Source of the DNA: Eledone cirrhosa
Lineage: Eukaryota
Direction: 5' to 3'
Length of the DNA: 64,000 nucleotides
Assembly (NCBI GenBank): GCA_964016885.1
Contig: OZ024756.1
Span: 13,888,001 to 13,952,000, forward strand
In this document: positions 52,898 to 64,000 of the stretch, one piece after another
How the letters are laid out: every line of letters begins with the position of its first letter
Position numbering within the stretch: position 1 is the first letter of the stretch
Translations under genes and position numbers: made by a program
The notes under the pieces: model-generated
Told to the model about the DNA's origin: nothing
The model's input: the letters and a program-made list of their open reading frames with translations, nothing else
Database searches by the model: none

Positions 52898-53448
52898 GTA
52901 AGTGTCTTTAACTAATTAACTCTTACTGCTAATCATTATCAAAGTTGCATAAATTATTATCTGTCACATGACATATTATTCAAGCCACATGATATACAGT
53001 AAAATTCTTTTAAAACAAAATTGACAGAGTATAAAAAAAAATTGTTGTAATGAAAAATCCTTTATAACGAGATTGACAGAAAGAAATCCTTGGGGATTGA
53101 AAAAAATCTTGTTATACTGAAAAATTCATTATAACCTGTATTATCAAAGTCACATGATATATTATCAGTCACATGATATATTATCAAAGTCACATGATAT
53201 ATATGATAGCTACTGAGCCAATATGGCTACCGACTAAAAGGGTTCTCAATTGCCATCACTTAGTATTGTATTATCTGTGGTAAATGTGTCCTAAATTCTT
53301 AATAGTCTACATCTGCCTGTAAATAGGTACAAACTATTGCTGATCTAAACAGAGGTGTCTGGGGCACACTGTAAATATGATGAATGTTTTATTAACCTTC
53401 TGGAGGCTCCAGGCACATTAAGTCACCAATAGAGTAATCTCCCCTTAA

Positions 53449-53668
53449 CCCTTTAGCGTTCACATTACTCTATATATACTATTATATTTTCATGGTAAAG
53501 GCTTTACTTCACATAATTATCTCACATAATATCGAATTTATGAGATTTTGAAAGTATTTATTTTGAGAACAATGCCTTAACATCAGTTTGAGTGACCAGT
53601 TACAGCCAGTTTCAACAGAGAGAGGTAGAGAATTCTGGCCGGTTTTGACCGGTGTGAACATTAAAGGG
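53449..53668 (+). mobile_element. piggyBac-type MITE (unexpanded, 220 bp)
   Basis: TTAA|CCCTTTA...TAAAGGG|TTAA. Confidence 0.88.
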
Positions 53669-53840
53669 TTAATATATAATGCAGTGTCAAGGGAAGCAAT
53701 TCATAAAAAAAATTCAGCGTGCTAAAGGTCAACTTACAATGAATGATTGATAACTGGGCAGCAGGGTCACTCAAAGTTATCTCCCCTTGAACCATTACCT
53801 AAGCACATGAAAGTTTTTTCCACTGGTTTATGTATTTTAT

Positions 53841-54433
53841 CCGATAAAATAAAGTACCAGTAATGCACTGGGTAATTGCTGGCCTTGTGCCAAAAGTAGA
53901 AACAATTATTATTCAGTTATGTCCCTTTCCATTCTGAGTTCAAATCCTGCCGAGGTTAACTTTGCCTTTCATCCTTACGGGGTCGATAGAATAAAGTACC
54001 AGTAATGCACTGGGATAAGTGCTGGCCTTGTGCCTAAAGTAGAAACAATTATTATTCAGGGCGGTGGATTTGGCAGTATCGGTAGAGGGTCGGACGCCAT
54101 GCTTTGCAGCATAGAGTTACGGCCCTTTATGATCTGAGTTCAAATCCCACCAAGGTTAACTTTGCCTTTCATCCTTACGGGGTCGATAAAATAAAGTACC
54201 AGTAATACACTGGGATAATTGCTGGCCTTGTGCCAAAAGTAGAAACAATTATTATTCAGTATCGGTAGAGCGTTGGACACCATACTTTGCAGCATAGAGT
54301 TACGGCCCTTGCCATTCTGAGTTCAAATCCCACCGAGGTTAATTTTGTCTTTCATCCTTACGGGGGTCGATAAAATAAAGTACCAGTAATACACTGGTAA
54401 TTGCTGGCCTTGTGCCTAACGTAGAAACAATTA
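53841..54433 (+). mobile_element. Head-to-tail cluster of four SINE family B copies
   Basis: Four successive GATAAAATAAAGTACCAGTAAT...GTAGAAACAATTATT units with different 5' truncations. Confidence 0.88.
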
Positions 54434-54559
54434 TTATCATCATCATCATCATCATTATTTTTTGTGTTCAATTTTCCATGCAATTTTTTAGGCAGCTTTT
54501 TGTGGCTAGATGATCTTCCTAGTGTCGAGCCTTATGACCCACAGGGATACTGTGTACCT

Positions 54560-55880
54560 ATTCTAAACTATGGGGTTAACCATCCAGGATTGGGATAACC
54601 GACCACAATAGGGTCAGCCACCCATTATAGAGATAACTACTCATTATAGGGCTAACTACTCCCTGTAGGGTTAACCAACCATAATAGCATTAACTACCCA
54701 CTGTAAGGTTAACCACTCACAGTAGGGGTAACCAACCACTATAGGATTAATCAACGACTATAAGGTTAACCATGCACTATAGGGTTAACTACTTACTATA
54801 GGGTTATTCCACTCTATAAGGTAACCACTTAGTACAAGGTTAACTACCTATTACAGGGTTAACCACTTATTTCAGGGCTAACCTATTACAGAGTTAACCT
54901 ACTACAGGGTTAACTACCTACAACAAAGTTAACCATTTATTACAGGGTTAACCACCTATTTCCGGGCTAACCTCCTATTACAGAGTTAACCTACTACAGG
55001 GTTAACCACCTACTACGAGATTAACCACCTACTACATGGTTAACTACCTATTACAGGGTTAACCACCTATTTCCGGGCTAACCTCCTATTACAGAGTTAA
55101 CCTACTACAGGGTTAACTACCTACAACAAGGTTAACCACTTATTACAGGGTTAACCACCTACTACAAGATTAACCACCTACTACAGGGTTAACTACCTAT
55201 TACAGGGTTAACCACCTACTACGAGATTAACCACCTACTACAGGGTTAACTACCTATTACAGGGTTAACCACCTATTTCAGGGCTAACCTCCTATTACAG
55301 AGTTAACCTCCTACTACAGGGCTAACCTCCTATTACAGAGTTAACCTCCTACTACAGGGCTAACTTCCTATTATAGAGTTAACCTCCTACTACAGGGTTA
55401 ACCTAATACTACAGGGCTAACTTCCTACTATAGAGTTAACCTCCTACTACAGGGCTAACCTCCTATTACAGAGTTAACCTCCTACTACAGGGTTAACTAC
55501 CTACTACAGAGTTAACCTCCTACTACAGGGCTAACTACCTACTACAAGGTTAACCTCCTATTACAGAGTTAACCTCCTACTACAGGGTTAACTACCTACT
55601 ACAGAGTTAACCTCCTACTACAGGGTTAACCTCCTACTACATGGTTAACTACCTACTACAGGGCTAACCTCCTACTACAGGGTTAACCTCCTACTACAGA
55701 GTTAACCTCCTACTACAGAGTTAACCTCCTACTACATGGTTGACTACCTAACACAGGGTTAGCTACCTACTACAGGGCTAACCACCTACTACAGAGTTAG
55801 CCTCCTACTACAGAGTTAACCTCCTACTACAGGGTTAACTACCTACTACAGGGCTAACCACCTATTACAGGGCTAACCTC
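54560..55880. repeat. ~20-bp degenerate minisatellite (CTACTACAGGGTTAAC core)
   Basis: Direct reading; more diverged at the 5' end and more homogeneous toward exon 7. Confidence 0.92.
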
Positions 55881-55908
55881 TCCTTCAACCATTGTTGTTA
55901 TCTTTCAG

Positions 55909-56012
55909 ATATTTTCGCTATGCAGATGAAGCACAACTATGAATGTCTTGAGTGCTACTCTAAATCAACTGAATACCACACAAGCTTTGATATGTCTCTA
56001 CCAATGAAAAAG
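55909..56012 (+). CDS. USP2: USP2-like exon 7 (DIFAMQMK...CLEC...FDMSLPMKK)
   Basis: TTTCAG| acceptor, AAG|GTAACA donor, phase 1/0. First CxxC of the finger subdomain. Confidence 0.92.
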
Positions 56013-56196
56013 GTAACATTCTCCTCTTATCTTACATTTATCACTCTTGTTGTTGTTGGTGGTACTGTTGTTGATGTTGCTGTTACTGTTGGTGGTGATG
56101 GTGGTGTTACTGCTGTTGTTGTTACTGTTGTTGTTGAAACTGTTGTTGTTGTTAGTGTTGTTGTTACTCATCCTTCCCATTTGTCTTTTGTTTCAG

Positions 56197-56259
56197 GCAT
56201 TCCGAACTGTAAATATGGAAGATATCATTGACGATTTTATAGAATCTACTTCAAATAAT
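56197..56259 (+). CDS. USP2: USP2-like exon 8 (AFRTVNMEDIIDDFIESTSNN)
   Basis: TTTCAG| acceptor, AAT|GTAAGT donor, phase 0/0. Confidence 0.88.
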
Positions 56260-56297
56260 GTAAGTCAAATATTTGATTGTTTGTCAAGTCCACTTTA

Positions 56298-59200
56298 ATG
56301 TAGTTAAAACAGTACTAACATATATTACTGTAGTTAAGACAGTACTAACATATATTACTGTAGTTAAGACAGGACTAACATATATTACTGTAGTTAAGAT
56401 AGTACTAACATATATTACTGTAGTTAAGACACTACTAACATATATTACTGTAGTTAAGACAGTACTAACATATATTACTGTAGTTAAGATAGTACTAACA
56501 TATATTACTGTAGTTAAGACAGTACTAACATATATTACTGTAGTTAAGACAGTACTAACATATATTACTGTAGTTAAGACAGGGCTAACATATTATATTA
56601 CTGTAGTTAAGACAGTACTAACAGATATTACTGTAGTTAAGACACTACTAACATATATTACTGTAGTTAAGACAGGACTAACATATATTACTGCAGTTAT
56701 GACAGGACTAACATATATTACTGTAGTTATGACAGTACTAACATATATTACTGTAGTTATGACAGGACTAACATATATTACTGTAGTTAAGACACTACTA
56801 ACATATATTACTGTAGTTAAGACACTACTATCATATTATATTACTGTAGTTAAGACACTACTAACATATATTACTGTAGTTAAAACAGTACTAACAAATA
56901 TTACTGAAGTTAAGACACTACTAACATATATTACTGTAGTTAAGACAGGACTAACATATATTACTGCAGTTATGACAGGACTAACATATATTACTGTACT
57001 TATGACAGTACTAACATATGTTACTGTAGTTAAAACAGGACTAACATATATTACTGTAGTTAAGACACTACTAACATATATTACTGTAGTTATGACACTA
57101 CTAACAAATATTACTTGATTATGACAGTACTAACATATATTACTGTAGTTAAAACAGTACTAACAGATATTACTGAAGTTAAGACACTACTAACATATAT
57201 TACTGTAGTTATGACAGTACTAACATATGTTACTGTAGTTAAAACAGGACTAACATATATTACTGTAGTTAAGACACTACTAACATATATTACTGTAGTT
57301 ATGACACTACTAACAAATATTACTTGATTATGACAGTACTAACATATATTACTGTAGTTAAAACAGTACTAACAGATATTACTGAAGTTAAGACACTACT
57401 AACATATATTACTGTAGTTAAGACAGGACTAACATATATTACTGCAGTTATGACAGGACTAACATATATTACTGTAGTTATGACAGTACTAACATATGTT
57501 ACTGTAGTTAAAACAGGACTAACATATATTACTGTAGTTAAGACACTACTAACATATATTACTGTAGTTATGACACTACTAACAAATATTACTGAAGTTA
57601 AGACACTACTAACAAATATTACTTGATTATGACAGTACTAACATATATTACTGTAGTTAAGGCAGCACTAACATATATTACTGTAGTTAAGACAGTACTA
57701 ACATATGTTACTGTAGTTAAGACACTACTAACATATATTACTGTAGTTAGACACTACTAACAAATATTACTTGATTATGACAGTACTAACATATATTACT
57801 GTAGTTATGACAGTACTAACATATATTACTGTAGTTAAGACACTACTAACATATATTACTGTAGTTAAGACAGTACTAACAAATATTACTTGATTATGAC
57901 AGCACTAACATATATTACTGTAGTTATGACAGCACTAACATATATTACTGTAGTTAAGACACTACTAACATATATTACTGTAGTTAAGACACTACTAACA
58001 AATATTACTTGATTATGACAGTACTAACATATATTACTGTAGTTAAGACAGCACTAACATATATTACTGTAGTTAAGACAGTACGAACATATATTACTTG
58101 ATTATGACAGTACTAACATATATTACTGTAGTTAAGACAGTACTAAGATATATTACTGTAGTTAAAACAGTACTAACATATATTACTGTAGTTATGACAG
58201 TACGAACATATATTAATGTAGTTAAGACACTACTAACATATATTAGTGTAGTTAAGACACTACTATCATATATTACTGTAGTTAAGACACTACTAACATA
58301 TATTATTGTAGTTAAGACACTACTATCATATATTACTGTAGTTAAGACAGTACTAACACATTATATTACTGTAGTTAAGACAGGACTAACATATATTACT
58401 GTAGTTAAGACACTACTAACAAATATTACTTGATTATGACAGTACTAACATATATTACTGTAGTTAAGACAGCACTAACATATATTACTGTAGTTAAGAC
58501 AGTACTAACATATATTACTGTAGTTAAGACACTACTAACATATTACTGTAGTTAAGACAGTACTAACAAATTTTACTTGATTATGACAGTACTAACATAT
58601 ATTACTGTAGTTATGACAGTACTAACATATATTACTGTAGTTAAGACACTACTAACATATATTACTGTAGTTATGATAGTACTAACATATATTACTGTAG
58701 TTAAGACAGTACTATCATATATTACTGTAGTTAAGACAGTACTAACACATTATATTACTGTAATTAAGACAGGACTAACATATATTACTGTAGTTAAGAC
58801 ACTACTAACAAATAGTACTTGATTATGACAGTACTAACATATATTACTGTAGTTAAGACAGCACTAACATATATTACTGTAGTTAAGGCAGTACTAACAA
58901 ATATTACTTGATTATGATATGACAGTACTAATATATATTACTGTAGTTAAGACAGTACTAACATATATTACTGTAGTTAAGACACTACTAACATATATTA
59001 CTGTAGTTAAGACAGTACTAACAAATATTACTGAAGTTAAGACACTACTAACATATATTACTGTAGTTAAGACAGTACTAACAAATATTACTTGATTATG
59101 ACAGTACTAACATATACTACTGTAGTTAAGACACTACTAACATATATTACTGTAGTTATGATAGTACTAATATATATTACTGTAGTTAAGACACTACTAA

Positions 59201-61410
59201 CATATATTACTGTAGTTAAGACACAACTAACATATATTACTGTAGGTAAGACACTACTAACATATATTACTGTAGTTAAGACACTACTATCATATATTAC
59301 TGTAGTTAAGACAGTACTAACACATTATATTACTGTAGTTATGACAGTACTAAGATATATTACTGTAGTTAAGACACTACTAACATATATTACTGTAGTT
59401 AAGACACAACTAACATATATTACTGTAGGTAAGACACTACTAACATATATTACTGTAGTTAAGACACTACTATCATATATTACTGTAGTTAAGACAGTAC
59501 TAACACATTATATTACTGTAGTTATGACAGTACTAAGATATATTACTGTAGTTAAGACACTACTAACATATATTACTGTAGTTAAGACACTACTAACATA
59601 TATTACTGTAGTTAAGACAGGACTTACTTATGTTACTGTAGTTAAGACAGTACTAACATATATTACTGTAGTTATGACAGGACTAACATATATTACTGTA
59701 GTTAAGACACTACTAACATATATTACTGTAGTTAAGACAGTACTAACAGATATTACTGAAGTTAAGACACTACTATCATATATTACTGTAGTTAAGACAG
59801 GACTAACATATATTACTGCAGTTATGACAGGACTAACATATATTACTGTAGTTATGACAGTACTAACATATATTACTGTAGTTAAGACAGGACTAACATA
59901 TATTACTGTAGTTAAGACACTACTAACATATATTACTGTAGTTATGACACTACTAACATATATTACTTGATTATGACAGTACTAACATATATTACTGTAG
60001 TTAAGGCAGCACTAACATATATTACTGTAGTTAAGACAGTACTAACATATATTACTGTAGTTAAGACACTACTAACAAATATTACTGTAGTTATGACAGT
60101 ACTAACATATATTACTGTAGTTAAGACAGTACTAACATATATTATTGTAGTTAAGACAGTACTAACAAATATTACTTGATTATGACAGTACTAACATATA
60201 TTACTGTAGTTATGACAGTACTAACATATATTACTGTAGTTTTGACAGTACTAACATATATTACTGTAGTTAAGACACTACTAACATATATTACTGTAGT
60301 TAAGACACTACTATCATATATTACTGTAGTTAAGACACTACTAACATATATTACTGTAGTTAAGACACTACTATCATATATTACTGTAGTTAAGACAATA
60401 CTAACACATTATATTACTGTAGTTATGACAGTACTAACATATATTACTGTAGTTAAGACAGTACTAACATATATTACTGTAGTTAAGACACTACTAACAT
60501 ATATTACTGTAGTTAAGACAGTACTAACATATTACTGTAGTTAAGACACTACTAACATATATTACTGTAGTTAAGACAATACTAACACATTATATTACTG
60601 TAGTTAAGACACTACTAACATATATTACTGTAGTTAAGACAGTACTAACATATATTACTGCAGTTAAGACACTACTAACATATATTACTGTAGTTAAGAC
60701 AGTACTAACACATTATATTACTGTAATTATGACAGTACTAACATATATTACTATAGTTAAGACACTACTAACATATATTACTGTAGTTAAGACACTACTA
60801 ACATATATTACTGTAGTTAAGACACTACTAACATATATTACTGTAGTTAAGACAGTACTAACATATATTACTGCAGTTAAGACACTACTAACATATATTA
60901 CTGTAGTTATGACAGTACTAACATATATTACTGTAGTTATGACAGTACTAACATATATTACTGTAGTTAAGACACTACTAACATATATTACTGTAGTTAA
61001 GACAGTACTAACATATAATACTGTAGTTAAGACAGTACTAACATATATTACTGTAGTTATGACAGTACTAACATATATTACTGTAGTTATGACAGTACTA
61101 ACATATATTACTGTAGTTATGACAGTACTAACATATATTACTGTAGTTAAGACACTACTAACATATATTACTGTAGTTAAGACAGTACTAACATATATTA
61201 CTGTAGTTATGACAGTACTAACATATATTACTGTAGTTAAGACAGTACTAACATATATTACTGTAGTTATGACAGTACTAACATATATTACTGTAGTTAA
61301 GACACTACTAACATATATTACTGTAGTTATGACAGTACTAACATTTTATATTACAGTAGTTAAGACAATACTAACATATTCATTACATCACTGTAGTTAA
61401 GACAGTATTA
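56298..61410. repeat. 30-bp intronic satellite, ~5.1 kb (~170 copies)
   Basis: Unit TACTAACATATATTACTGTAGTTAAGACA(G/C); source of the VKTVLTYITV ORFs. Confidence 0.97.
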
Positions 61411-61959
61411 ACTTCTTCCTTTTCTTCACCTCATCATCATCATCATCATCATCATCATTTGTTTTTAACGGAAATGTTTGTATCAGCTTGTGAAAGTTTG
61501 TCTTTTTTCATTTGTTTACAATGGCTTTTTTGCCAATTTTTTTATCACAAACTGTTTGCGCCTGATTTGACTCTCAAGGCGGGTGACACCACATCATTTG
61601 GGCCTTTGGCACAAATATTGCATTTTCCTCTTTGAAAAATGCAAAAACTGTTGGGGCAACAGAGCATTTTCAATGTGGGTAAAATAATTTTAATGAATAC
61701 AACCAATCAAACTGAGACAATGTCAAGTAAAGAAGACCCCTTAAATCCTGTTGAGGTCATAACTACTTCTATATTAATGAATGCTGTCATGATAACATAC
61801 ACCCAGTACACTCTGTAAAGTGGGTGATATAACAAAGGGCCTCTAACTATAGAAAACATGCCAAAAATAGAATGTATGAGTGACACTTGGTCTTCTGGTT
61901 CATTTCGGAGGGTAGCAAAATTGTGTACGAGATCAAGATCGTGTAGGTGTCATGACAAA

Positions 61960-62210
61960 AAAAACACACAGTCCACGCTGTAATGTGGTCGTGTAGGTAA
62001 CACAGTAAAAAGTTTGTAGTTCCACACTGTAAATGTGGTTGGTGTTAGGAAGGGCATCCAGCCGTAGAATACCTGCCAGATAGTCCTATATGAGCGAGAC
62101 ACGGTCACTCAACCAACTTTGCCTCAAGTGGGACAACTCCCGTCTAACCCATGCTAGCGTGGAAGGGAAGATGGACGTTAAACGAAGATGATGAGGATGA
62201 TGATGATGAT
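61960..62210 (+). mobile_element. SINE family C-related 3' part
   Basis: GTTAGGAAGGGCATCCAGCCGTAG...GGACGTTAAACG followed by a (GAT)n tail. Confidence 0.75.
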
Positions 62211-62282
62211 GTGTATAAAAAGAAACAATGCATTATGATGATGATGATGTGTGTTTATATATATTTCTATATTTCTTTTCAG

Positions 62283-62361
62283 ATGTGCAAGAAATGTTCA
62301 AAATTAACGCTACATAATTGTAAAAAAGAATTTGTTCATTTACCTGAAGTATTAGTTTTAT
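62283..62361 (+). CDS. USP2: USP2-like exon 9 (MCKKC...LPEVLVL)
   Basis: TTTCAG| acceptor, T|GTATCCTTT U12-type donor, phase 0/1. Second CxxC and the LPxxLxL box. Confidence 0.9.
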
Positions 62362-62487
62362 GTATCCTTTTATTGAAACTGGAGTAGATGGGTCAAGGAT
62401 AACCTCTAACGTTGTGAGCCCTTGTATTCTGGGGTCAAAACCATTGCAGGTAACTTTCATAAAACCTGGCTTCAGGTTTTCATTTAA

Positions 62488-62700
62488 CCCTTTAGCATTT
62501 AAACCGGCTGTATCCAGCCAGAATTCTCTCACCTCTTTCTGTTCAAACTGGTTGTAACTGGCCACTCATACTGATGTTAAGGTATTGCTCTCAAAATAAA
62601 TAATATCAAAATATCGTAGATTCAATATAATATGAGATAATTATGTGAGGTAAAGCCTTTACCATGAAAATACAACAGTAAACAGAGTAATGTGAATGGT
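62488..62700 (-). mobile_element. piggyBac-type MITE copy 3 (inverted, one end eroded)
   Basis: TTAA|CCCTTTAGCATTTAAACC, with the body reverse-complementary to 53449-53668. Confidence 0.82.
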
Positions 62701-62969
62701 AGACACAGACTTTATAGATGTCTTTGATGTTTGTAAGGAACTATTTTAATGTAGATATACACACATGTGTGTACACATGCAGTCATTACCAGTCCTCAAA
62801 TACTCCCTCCAGCAGGTCCTGTGAGAAGCAACTGAATGGGTTGGATCCTCAAGCGCGACTAGCCAAGCTCATGGATGTTATCCAACCATCTTGTTCAAGG
62901 TCTACCCCAGGGTCTCCTACCTGTTGGTTTTGCCTGTATAAATAAATATTATATATAATATGAATATAA

Positions 62970-63161
62970 GGGCAGTGGATTGGCAGTATCGGTAGAGAGT
63001 CAGACACCATGCTTTGAAGCATAGAGTTACGTCCCTTTAGGATCTGAGTTCAAATCCCGCCGAGGTTAACTTTGCCTTTCATCCTTACGTGGGTCGATAA
63101 AATAAAGTACCGGTAATGTACTGGGGTAATTGCTGGCCTTGTGCCAAAAATAGAAACAATT
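62970..63161 (+). mobile_element. SINE family B
   Basis: Full head GGGCAGTGGATTGGCAGTATCGG through GAAACAATT. Confidence 0.88.
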
Positions 63162-63513
63162 ATATATAATATGTATCATTTGATATCTAATATACTATTA
63201 TATCATCTCTACCATCTCGTTAGGCCCCAGCGCCCCCTTGACTTTCTCAAACCAACCGACAGGAGACCCCCGATCAAGAGGGTTGGATAACACCCATGAG
63301 CTTGGCTAGTCGCGCTTGAGGATCCATCCCATTCAGTTGCTTCTGACAAGACCTGCTGGAGGGAGTATTTGAGGACTTTGCCCCCCCCCCCATGATCTTG
63401 TCAGTGCCCACTTTGAGAACCTGTTCTACACCATCTAATTATCTACCACTACCATCACAGTAAGCTCTACTATTAGTCAGAATTTTTAGTTCCAACCTTG
63501 ACCTACACCCAAG

Positions 63514-63603
63514 ATTTCCAACGAGCAGAGAAGCTGGGTAAATTAAAGACAGAGATGCAGTATCCTGTTGAAAATTTGAATTTTACAAAATACACCATAA
63601 AAG
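63514..63603 (+). CDS. USP2: USP2-like exon 10 (YFQRAEKLGKLKTEMQYPVENLNFTKYTIK)
   Basis: AAG|GTAAGA donor, phase 1/1. Aligns with HLKRF...KLxTxVxFPLxxLDL. Confidence 0.85.
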
Positions 63604-63905
63604 GTAAGAATCTGTATAACATAGTTGTTGTTGGTGGTGATTGTGGTGGTCATTGTTGTTAGTGGTGGTCATTGTTGTTGTTGTATTTCTTAGTTGTTGT
63701 CATTGTTGCCAGAGATAAAACAAGGCAAACATTGAAATTGCACCCCTGCCCATGCAGCAAGCTATAGTAGTTGTTAGACAATGGGATTGACAGTGCAGTT
63801 TAAATAAATGAGGGTTTAGGGTATTAAACTGCATTTTCATTTGTTCTACAGGTATCCTTTACACTTCAGAATATGTAAAGTATTGACAAAAGTGTTAGTG
63901 TATTT

Positions 63906-64000
63906 AAAGGGAGAGATCTGTGTAATACTGATCTGTGACAAATATTAAAGGGAGTGATCTGTGTAATACTGATCTGTGACAAATATTAAAGGGTGAGATC
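63906..64000. repeat. Start of a 41-bp tandem repeat (runs off the window)
   Basis: GATCTGTGTAATACTGATCTGTGACAAATATTAAAGGG present twice. Confidence 0.8.

Larger units (their letters stand above)
62362..63513 (+). other. U12-type (minor spliceosome) GT-AG intron
   Basis: 5' splice site GTATCCTTT; branch site CCTTGAC at 63496-63502 with the A 12 nt before the terminal G; no polypyrimidine tract; splicing restores the reading frame. Confidence 0.85.

Noticed and set aside
56273-61400. VKTVLTYITV repeat ORFs
   Set aside because: They come from a 30-bp intronic satellite with frequent frameshifting indels.
63852-63860. Second U12 donor-like GTATCCTTT
   Set aside because: It directly follows an acceptor-like AG with no upstream in-frame exon, so it is probably coincidental.

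Overview
Eukaryotic, repeat-dense animal genomic DNA. The SINE and RTE-LINE repertoire suggests an octopus or related coleoid cephalopod (inference). The only host gene I can support is a + strand multi-exon USP2/USP21-like deubiquitinase. Ten coding exons lie between 32327 and 63603 and all splice phases are consistent. They include the catalytic Cys box GLQNLGNT|CFMNSILQCL, QEDAHEF and two CxxC motifs; the His box lies beyond the window. Its ninth coding intron (62362-63513) has U12 minor-spliceosome signals. The rest is satellites (80, 41, 45, 34, 72, ~20 and 30 bp units), microsatellites and transposon relics: RTE LINEs, tRNA-SINEs, two solo LTRs, a hAT/Buster transposase, mariner/Tc1 fragments, piggyBac-type MITEs and a Helitron 3' end. 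Most long ORFs in the track are repeat artefacts. The most notable observations are four type-I hammerhead-ribozyme-like motifs in small Penelope/retrozyme-like inserts, satellites visibly derived from a LINE coding segment and from a MITE interior, nested inverted repeats around USP exons, and the U12 intron. All calls were made by eye, without database searches.
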